Shown piece after piece: positions 28,866-36,307 of a stretch of DNA of 64,000 bases. Both the position numbers and the translations under genes were made by a program. Under the pieces are notes generated by a model that searched no databases, was not told the origin of the DNA, and was given only the letters and a program-made list of their open reading frames with translations. This DNA comes from an uncultured Candidatus Binatia bacterium (GTDB lineage: Bacteria > Desulfobacterota > Binatia > UBA9968 > CAXXLF01), in assembly GCA_965218425.1 (NCBI GenBank), contig OZ244621.1, forward strand, positions 2,240,001-2,304,000, read 5' to 3'. Numbering within the stretch: the stretch's first letter is position 1; the number at the start of each line of letters is the position of its first letter.

Positions 28866-29171
28866 GGTGTTTCCTCCTATGCGGTAGCTTTCATGTTAAA
28901 GTCGCGGCGATCCGATTCGACGACCGCCCGGAGACCCTGCGCAATCGTCTGCTCCACCGACTGCGGGTACGGGTAGTCCCGCTTCTTGTCGCATCGTGCG
29001 CTGCCGCGGCGGCTACCCTTGCCGGCCCGACGACCGTGACGGTCGGGGCTCTCGCGTGCTCTTGCGGCCGGTTTGTTTCACTCCGCTGACGGGCGCTCCT
29101 AAATAGTGGACCACTGGAAAAGTGTCAACCGGAAACCGACCCGTATCGTCTGCGCCTCATGGCTTATTGTC

Positions 29172-29486
29172 TCATGCTCCTCGCTCGCTGAGCGCACGCA
29201 CGACCGCCTCGGGGTCACGGTCGATGACTGTCAGCAGGACGCGGGCGGCGCGACCTGGAACACGGCGCCCCTGTTCCCAATCTTGCACGGCGCGCGCGTC
29301 GAGACCGAATCGGTCCGCGAACTTCCGGCGACTCAACTTCATACGCTTCCGTAGCGCAAGAATATGCTTTGCAGATGGATCGTCGACAATGCGGCACGGC
29401 AGATTCACTTCGCCGCGCACATGGGCAAGAACCTCGCCCAAGGCTGCCTCTACCTCCTGACCCGCCTGGGTTCGTCCTGTCTTCAT
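29172..29486 (-). CDS. higA: HigA-type HTH antitoxin
   Basis: LSRRKFA.RFGL...VQDWEQGRR.P..AARVLL.VI.RDPEAV. Confidence 0.88.
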   Translation of the reverse strand: MKTGRTQAGQEVEAALGEVLAHVRGEVNLPCRIVDDPSAKHILALRKRMKLSRRKFADRFGLDARAVQDWEQGRRVPGRAARVLLTVIDRDPEAVVRALSERGA

Positions 29487-29815
29487 CGGCTTGCCTCCTC
29501 TTTCTTGATCGCGGCCACCAGCCGCGACAGGGTTTTTCTGTCTGCCGGAGTCAGGTCGTCACGGTCGGCCTTTGCATAGGCTGTCAGCATGTAGATTGTC
29601 TCCGGTCCTGCGTGATGGAAGTAAATCGTCCGGATTCCACCTCGCTTCCCTCGTCCCGATCCTGTCCAACGCAACTTGCGAATACCTCCCGTTCCCCGAA
29701 GCAAAGGCGCTCTGCCGGGATCGGCACCGATCGCCGCCTCCATTTTCCGGCGATCATCTTCCGACATGAGCTTGCGAACGGCGCGCTCGTAGGTCCTGGT
29801 GGTGAAGATTCGCAC
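29483..29815 (-). CDS. higB: HigB2/RelE-type toxin
   Basis: GTGGIRKLRW..GRGKRGGIRTIY; YAK..DDL; upstream palindrome gcggca-a-tgccgc. Confidence 0.88.
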   Translation of the reverse strand: MRIFTTRTYERAVRKLMSEDDRRKMEAAIGADPGRAPLLRGTGGIRKLRWTGSGRGKRGGIRTIYFHHAGPETIYMLTAYAKADRDDLTPADRKTLSRLVAAIKKEEASR

Positions 29816-29888
29816 AGGTCTTAACTATGCGGCAATGCCGCGCAATTATCAAGGGCGGCCTCACTGACGACTTCAACTTAGAAGCGGC

Positions 29889-29961
29889 GCTGTTGCGCGA
29901 TTCAACCCAGGCGCGGGCGGGGCCGCTTTCCCGACCTCTCGTTCACGACACCACGGCGGCG
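29889..29961. repeat. 73-bp direct repeat G, copy 1 (includes the last codons of norB)
   Basis: Matches 32532-32604 with 7 mismatches. Confidence 0.95.
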
Positions 29962-32243
29962 GCATCGTCACGCGTGCCGCGAATCGACCATCCGGTGGTC
30001 AGCCCGACGACGAACCAACCCATCGCCAGCATTCCGGCGGCGAACACGGTGTCTCCGATCGCGCGGAGCCAGCGAAAAGTCTCCATTAACGGTGTCTGGA
30101 GGAATTCGGCGGATCGCGCGTACCACATCCCGTGCTCGACACTGGCCCAGGTCTGTGCGAGTCCGACCGGGAGCAGGCTGAGGACGACCATCAACCCCAG
30201 GCCGATGTTCATCGCCCAGAAGGCGAAGGTCAACGCGCCGGTGCGCCAGGCCTGGCGCATCGTCAGAACACGGAGGCTCAGAAGCGTGAGACCGATGCCC
30301 AGCATGCCGTAAACGCCGAAGAGGGCGGCATGTGCGTGCACCGGCGTCGTATTCAGGCCCTGCATGTAGTAGAGCGCGATCGGCGGGTTGATCAGGAACC
30401 CGAACAGTCCGGCTCCCACCAGGTTCCAGAACGCGACGGCAGTGAAGAAATAGATGGGCCACTTGTAGTTTCGGACCCAGGAAGTCAGGCGGGTCAGGGA
30501 CCAATTGTCGTAACCCTCGTAACCGATCATCACCAGCGGCATGAGTTCCAGCGCGCTGAAGGTGCCTCCGAGCGCCAGGACGGCGGGAGTCGTCCCTGTG
30601 AAGTACAGGTGGTGAAACGTGCCCAGCACGCCGCCGGTCAGGTAGAGGATGGTCGTGAACAGTACGGCCATCGTCGCGGACCGGACACGAACCAGCCCCA
30701 GCCGCGTGAACACGAAGGCGATGATCGAGACGGCGAACACCTCGAAGAAGCCTTCCACCCACAGGTGGACGACCCACCAGCGCCAGTACTCTGCAATCGC
30801 CAGGTTCGTTTCCCGCCCCCACATCAGGCCGGCGCCGTAGAACAGGGCGATCGCCCCCACCGACAGCGTGAAGACCCACAGCAACTGGCGGTCTACGCCG
30901 CTGGCCCGCCGGAGGGCCGGCCGGATGGCCCGCAGCATCAACGCCAGCCAGAAGATCAGTCCGGCGAAAAGAAGAATCTGCCACAGCCGCCCCAGATCGA
31001 CGTACTCATACCCTTGATGACCGACCCAGAAGTTGAGGATGTTTCCCAGTTTCTGGTGGATGGCGAAGGCCTGCCCTGCCATCGAGCCTCCGACGACGAG
31101 GATAAGCGCCGCGAAGAGCGTGTTCACCCCGGCTCGCTGGAACCTCGGCTCGTGCCCGGCAATGATCGGCACCAGGCAGAGGCCGGTGGCGAGCCAGGAC
31201 GTCGCGATCCAGAAGATGCCGAGTTGCACGTGCCAGGTGCGCGCGAGCGAATACGGCACCCAGTCGGCCAGCGGGATTCCGTAAAATGCCGTGCCCTCCA
31301 CACCGTAGTGGGCGGTTACGATTCCGGCCGCCATCTGGACGAGCAGCAGTGCGCCGACGACCCAGAAGTACTTGGCCGTGGCCCGCATGGAAGGCGTCGG
31401 CTCGACACCGATGAGCGGGTCCCTGGGCGGCGACGCCTGCGAACTGCTCCAGTCTCGGCGCGTCGCGGCGTAGAACCAGGCCAGCCCTCCGATTCCGCCC
31501 AGGAGCAGTACGAAACTCCCCACCGACACGAGCACGATCAGGCCGGTCGGTCGGTTTCCGATCAAGTCTTCAGGAGGCCAGTTGTTCGTGTAAGTGATGT
31601 CGCGGCCGGGGCGCTCGGTCGCGCAAGCCCACGTGGCCCAGAAGAAGAAAGACGCCAACTCGACGCGGCGTTCGTGGGTCGACACCGTGTCGGGCGGCAT
31701 CGCGTAGCTTTCCCGCAAGGCGGCCATTTCCGGATCGCGCCCGAACAGCCCCGTATAGTGACGCTGGACGGCGCGGATGGCTTGTGCCCGTAGCGGCGAT
31801 ACGCGAACCGTCCCGGTCGCCGGGTCATAGGTGTTGGTTCGTATTTCCGCCTCCAGTCGCGCCCGCAGCGCGGCCCGGCGTTCCGGATCCAGTTCCGCGT
31901 ACGCCCGGTTTGATTCGTCCTTCGCCCAGGCGTCCAGGATCCAGACGGCTTCTCGATGGAGCCAGTCCGCGGTCCAATCCGGCGCGGTATATGCCCCGTG
32001 GCCCCAGATCGATCCCAGCTCCTGGCCTCCGGTCGATCGCCAGACGTCCTGGCCGGCCCGGATTTGATCGCCCGTGAAAAGCAGCCTTCCGTCGGTGGTT
32101 TCGACCCGCTCGGGCACGGGCGGCGCTTCCTGGTAGATCTCGCCGCCGTAATACAACAGCACGCCGAACGAAGCGACGACGACCGCGGCCAGGACTATCC
32201 AAAGATAACGCAGGCGCGGGTCCGCCGTGTTCTGATCTGTCAT
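29943..32243 (-). CDS. norB: Quinol-dependent nitric oxide reductase (qNOR)
   Basis: GSIWGHGAY.APDWTADWLHRE; YWRWWVVHLWVEGFFE; GTFHHLY; FSALE; HAHAALFGVYG; AGGAG RBS. Confidence 0.96.
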   Translation of the reverse strand: MTDQNTADPRLRYLWIVLAAVVVASFGVLLYYGGEIYQEAPPVPERVETTDGRLLFTGDQIRAGQDVWRSTGGQELGSIWGHGAYTAPDWTADWLHREAVWILDAWAKDESNRAYAELDPERRAALRARLEAEIRTNTYDPATGTVRVSPLRAQAIRAVQRHYTGLFGRDPEMAALRESYAMPPDTVSTHERRVELASFFFWATWACATERPGRDITYTNNWPPEDLIGNRPTGLIVLVSVGSFVLLLGGIGGLAWFYAATRRDWSSSQASPPRDPLIGVEPTPSMRATAKYFWVVGALLLVQMAAGIVTAHYGVEGTAFYGIPLADWVPYSLARTWHVQLGIFWIATSWLATGLCLVPIIAGHEPRFQRAGVNTLFAALILVVGGSMAGQAFAIHQKLGNILNFWVGHQGYEYVDLGRLWQILLFAGLIFWLALMLRAIRPALRRASGVDRQLLWVFTLSVGAIALFYGAGLMWGRETNLAIAEYWRWWVVHLWVEGFFEVFAVSIIAFVFTRLGLVRVRSATMAVLFTTILYLTGGVLGTFHHLYFTGTTPAVLALGGTFSALELMPLVMIGYEGYDNWSLTRLTSWVRNYKWPIYFFTAVAFWNLVGAGLFGFLINPPIALYYMQGLNTTPVHAHAALFGVYGMLGIGLTLLSLRVLTMRQAWRTGALTFAFWAMNIGLGLMVVLSLLPVGLAQTWASVEHGMWYARSAEFLQTPLMETFRWLRAIGDTVFAAGMLAMGWFVVGLTTGWSIRGTRDDAAAVVS

Positions 32244-32531
32244 ACGAGCTCCTTGCAAGGGTCAGTCAAAAGTTTCGAAAGTGACGGCGATGCGGTCGGG
32301 GGAGGCGCGGGGATCGCCTGTTTCCGGACGTATGGGGAGCCGATTGTCTCTTTCTCCGGCTTGAACCCGGCGGAAAGCTGCACTTTTCCTCCTCCCATTA
32401 TTTGCGCGGCTGCTGAAATCGAGTCGCCGGCGTTCGCGTCGCGTCGTCCCGGCTTACCGCCGGGTTCATCCCCGTTTGCAGACGCATCCGATTGTATTTG
32501 TTATCAGGACGAAATTCCAGCCATTCGAATT

Positions 32532-32604
32532 GCCGTTGCACGATTCAACCTCGGCGCGGGCGGGGCCGCTTTCCCGACCCCTCGTTCACGACGCCGCGGC
32601 GGCG
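32532..32604. repeat. 73-bp direct repeat G, copy 2
   Basis: Matches 29889-29961. Confidence 0.95.
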
Positions 32605-32637
32605 ATCAACGAACAGAGGTTTGTGCAAAGGAGCGGT

Positions 32638-32760
32638 TTAGCAAAATCCGGCGCCGCAGACCGCAATCTCGCTGTCGAGCGGCTCATCGACGCGATTGCA
32701 GACCCCGGACCCGGCGTCGGGAAGAAACTCCACCCATGCGGGCGTATCGATCAGAGTCAC
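32638..32760 (-). pseudogene. vapC: VapC PIN toxin, truncated after ~40 aa
   Basis: (M)TLIDTPAWVEFL.D.GS.VCNRVDE...IAVC then stop; GTGA overlap with vapB. Confidence 0.8.
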
Positions 32761-32960
32761 GTCGACCGGCCGGCCCGCATCTCGTCTAGGTCGCCGTCCC
32801 GGCCGGACCCGCGAAGCCGTCGGGCTTCATCGATGCCGAGTGGCGCCGCCGCAAGGGCTCGAAGCGCAAAGTTGACCGCCTCGCGCTTTGTTTTCAGACG
32901 GCAACGGCGCATGACCTCCGCGCACGCCTCATCGTCGATATCCACATTGGTGCGTGACAT
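32757..32960 (-). CDS. vapB: VapB antitoxin, copy B
   Basis: Near-identical to 28111-28335. Confidence 0.85.
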   Translation of the reverse strand: MSRTNVDIDDEACAEVMRRCRLKTKREAVNFALRALAAAPLGIDEARRLRGSGRDGDLDEMRAGRST

Positions 32961-33036
32961 ATGCCCGGCATACACCGTAGTAGGATGCCGGCCAAGGGTC
33001 TTGAGGGCGTATGAGAGGGCTCCGCCTGTAGCCGTT

Positions 33037-34161
33037 TTACGGGTTTTTCCTGCCGAGGAAAGCTCCGAGAAAGACGCCTCTGCTTCCGTCGTCTTCAAGA
33101 AATTCCCCCCCGGTTGTCCCTACGACCAGGCGGGGGTCGCCGACGCTGTCGGGGACGTTGGAGAACTTTCCGCCCCATGCCCCGCTCGATCGGGTAACCG
33201 TGCGCCCGGGACTCACCACCCTTACCTCGTTGCTTCGGAAGGTCCCGTCCGAAGCAAAGGGCGTCTCGCCAAGATGGATCTGAACGTTGGTAGAGTCGGT
33301 AATCCCGATCGTTCTCCCCGATGACCCATCGACGCGGTAGCCGCTAAGCGTGACCGCGCCCACACAGCCGACGCAGCCGTCTATGGTGCCGTCGCCGAAG
33401 TCGGCGGTTAGGGAGGCGGTCCCGAAGTATTCCCCGACCTCGGCGCTTCCCTGAGCAACGTCGGCCCAGTTGTATCCGTATTGGTAGGCATAGAAACCTT
33501 GGGCCGGTCCATTGTAGATCGCGCGTCCCTGGATAGGCAGGGTCGGCGGGTTGGATAATGAGAATTCGGGGCCGTGGACGAAAGCTCCCGCCTCGATATC
33601 TCCGGTGAAACTCAGGTCATCGCCGCGGGGAAGATAGAGCCAATAGCCGCCCGCCAGGTAGTCTGACGGGTCATCGTTGACCCAACTGACCACGGTATAT
33701 GCGACGGCGGCGGCATCTCTCGTGACGCTCAACAGCCCCCAGTCGCGTGTGGAGTATCCCGCTATGAGGGGGGTGCCGAGAGCGGTCGTGACGGCGTTTC
33801 CGGCCGTATCGAGCCTGATGGAGCTCCCATCCTCGCGCATGATGTTCACGGTCAGGTTGCGACCGTCGAATGTCGTGGTGGCGGTGTCGGAGGATACGCC
33901 GTTATTCCTGTTCGTCGACTGCGTGACGCTCCCGAACCGCGGAAGGGCGGTGGCCGCTTCGGCTGCGGCGTCCAGCGCCTCGGCCGGCTTGGCCGTCTGG
34001 ACATCGCTGAGCGGGAGATCGGGCAGAAGATCCGTTATGGCGTCAACGATCGGTCCGCGGGCGCTGCCGCTGCCGCCGAAACAGCCGGACAATACCAGCG
34101 AAAAAGACGCGGCTATGGCTAGTGTCGCCGGGGACGAGAGTTTGTTCATCTGGGAAAACAT
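33037..34161 (-). CDS. TbpB-barrel surface lipoprotein
   Basis: Lipobox LSGC then Gly/Ser linker; DYLAGGYW; G.A.YNG.A.G; LTADFG; GAWGGKF; GAF C-terminus. Confidence 0.82.
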   Translation of the reverse strand: MFSQMNKLSSPATLAIAASFSLVLSGCFGGSGSARGPIVDAITDLLPDLPLSDVQTAKPAEALDAAAEAATALPRFGSVTQSTNRNNGVSSDTATTTFDGRNLTVNIMREDGSSIRLDTAGNAVTTALGTPLIAGYSTRDWGLLSVTRDAAAVAYTVVSWVNDDPSDYLAGGYWLYLPRGDDLSFTGDIEAGAFVHGPEFSLSNPPTLPIQGRAIYNGPAQGFYAYQYGYNWADVAQGSAEVGEYFGTASLTADFGDGTIDGCVGCVGAVTLSGYRVDGSSGRTIGITDSTNVQIHLGETPFASDGTFRSNEVRVVSPGRTVTRSSGAWGGKFSNVPDSVGDPRLVVGTTGGEFLEDDGSRGVFLGAFLGRKNP

Positions 34162-34423
34162 GGATAGGGGCGCCTCTCCTTCGTCTCGTGTTCTGATGAA
34201 CCGGAGCGCGTAGATGCGTCGTGGTGGCCTCACAGGCATCCGTATCATGTATGATTATCGATTATAGCCTATTTATGCCCCTTTTAACACCCGTAACGGA
34301 CATGCCGAAATGCTCGTTGCTATGGAGCGGCGGCCCGGGGCGTTGACTGTATTGTCAGGAAGCCGAACGGGGGCCCATGATCGGATGTGAGCCCCCGTCG
34401 CCGGTTGGTCGTTTTGGAGGTGA

Positions 34424-34921
34424 TTACCTTTTCCGATGTCGGCCGCGCCCGCCTCGCCCTGAGAGCAAGCGCATGAACCAACGGTCGGCTTTTTTGATTT
34501 GCTCAGGACTAAGAACGTTGCGTGTGGTGAGCACCGTATCCGTGCGCAACCGCAGACGCCGCTGCCTGAGTTTTCCGATCTCGTCCAGTTTTGCGCTGAT
34601 TTTGTCTTGATCGACTTTCTCCTGGGTCACAAGCTCGCCCAGCTCGATGCGGGCCACTCTCAGATCGGCCCTGAGCTTTATGGACTTTTTCCGAGCATTC
34701 CTCAGTATTCCACGGACCTCTTTGGCCTGGTCGTCACTCAGTCCAAGCCGATCTTGCATTCGTCTCATGCCGCGGCCGCGCCGCCCTCTATCGGCGCTTC
34801 TGACATTGACCGGTCTCGTTTCGGATACTGCCGTCCCGCTATCGGGCGCCTGGCCGAGAGCGGTGTCCGCGAGCAGGCCCATTGCGAACAAAGGGATCAT
34901 CAGGATCGGGATCTTTTTCAT
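34424..34921 (-). CDS. Spy/CpxP-family periplasmic protein
   Basis: Signal peptide; LGLSDDQ and VLSPEQ LTxxQ-like motifs; AAGGAGG RBS. Confidence 0.85.
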   Translation of the reverse strand: MKKIPILMIPLFAMGLLADTALGQAPDSGTAVSETRPVNVRSADRGRRGRGMRRMQDRLGLSDDQAKEVRGILRNARKKSIKLRADLRVARIELGELVTQEKVDQDKISAKLDEIGKLRQRRLRLRTDTVLTTRNVLSPEQIKKADRWFMRLLSGRGGRGRHRKR

Positions 34922-35310
34922 GCTGTCCTCCTTTAAGAAACGGTTTTCGGTGATTAGACGGCACCGGGTTCCGGGGTACGAGGGTAGCCGTTTTATGTTT
35001 TTTTCGGAGTCCGCCCCGGCCTCCTGTAGTTCAATGGCATCTCAGATCATCCCGGATAGTCCCGGATAGTCCCACATGAACAAGCCGCTCGGGCTCCAGA
35101 CGGGGGTTCTCAGGTGGGCCTGAGAAATAGGCCGTCAGGGGTTGCAAACCGTGAGAATGAATTGATATAGACGGAGTAGCCCATATTATCGCTACGGCGC
35201 GTTTTGCCGGGCATGGCTCAAGGTAGAGCAGGGCGCGGCGTAGCATGGCGAGGCTGGGTGTAGGGTTGGACGCTTTCAAAGATTTCAACGCTAGTTTCAG
35301 GCGCATGCGG

Positions 35311-35577
35311 ATGGGGTCGGAGGCGCTCATTATCGACACCCACGCCGACATCCAGGAATTGGTGAAATCCGGCATGGAGCAAGCCACGGCTGAAACCTTG
35401 GTGCGCCAACGTGTGCGGCTGTTGGAGAGCAACATCGTCACCAAGGACAACATAGACTTGCTACGGCAGGAAACCGCGAGACTGACAGCCGCTGCCGCGA
35501 CCAAAATTATCAAGTGTGTTGTCGTCACCGGTTTAGCGGCAGTCGGCCTGGTCATCGCCGCGATAAAATACCTCTAA
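35311..35577 (+). CDS. DUF1640/CCDC90-like small protein
   Basis: IDTH..IQELVKSGM..ATAE..VTKD; C-terminal TM. Confidence 0.65.
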   Translation: MGSEALIIDTHADIQELVKSGMEQATAETLVRQRVRLLESNIVTKDNIDLLRQETARLTAAAATKIIKCVVVTGLAAVGLVIAAIKYL

Positions 35578-35769
35578 CCCCCGTCGTGAAGGTCAGGGTC
35601 AGAGCCTATTAACTAAAGGGGCCTTGCGGCGGCGAGGAGCAAAGCAGCTACCATCCCCATTTACACATTAACGCAGATCGAGAGGCTCGACCGCCCAACC
35701 TCATGTACAAGAAAGGGCGGCGGTTTTCATCGTCGCCCCAAAAAATGACCGAATCACGATACGAGCCGG

Positions 35770-36160
35770 TTACTGGCTTCCCGGCGTCGTTTGTGCGGCG
35801 CCAAAGGCTCCGACTATGCTGTCCTTATCGAATGTGCCGCCGACTTCCTCATGTGCCGTACCATAAGAATCGGCCTTGGATTGTTCCATCGGGTGCTTTG
35901 AAATCACCATTCGCGACGTCGACGTCCCTCCATGTCATGTCGTCACGGCTGGTACCGCGATTGAGGTCGTAGATTTTGGTGAAGTCAATATCCATGTTGG
36001 CTTGATCTAAATCAAAGGTAAGGGAAACCTCGCCTTGGAGCGTGTTTACCTTGTATTCCGTATCGCTTATGTCTCTGCCAACCATGACGCCTACCCACGC
36101 GGCATCGCCGGAGGGATTGGAACCCGATGCCTTACTAACGGAGATGGTACGGACTCCGTT
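35770..36160 (-). pseudogene. TbpB-barrel C-terminal remnant with a frameshift
   Basis: GSNPSGDAAWVGVMVG..IDFT..IQGRF, extra T near 35866, then YGTAHEEVGGTFDKDSIVGAFGA. Confidence 0.85.
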
Positions 36161-36307
36161 TGAACTTTACCAATAAAGAAAACAGAGAAGAAAAGAACCC
36201 GGAAGCCAAAATACGACAAGGCGGTCCGCATAGATGGATCGCCTGAAGAGGCCTAACTCGTCGCGGGAGCCGGCCCCGGTTCGGCCCCGGCGCGGCCCAG
36301 CCTCGCT

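Noticed and set aside
30132..31793. 553-aa + strand ORF
   Set aside because: Antisense shadow of norB.
29943..32243. Nitric oxide dismutase instead of qNOR
   Set aside because: Canonical HLWVEGFFE, HHLY and SALE residues are retained.
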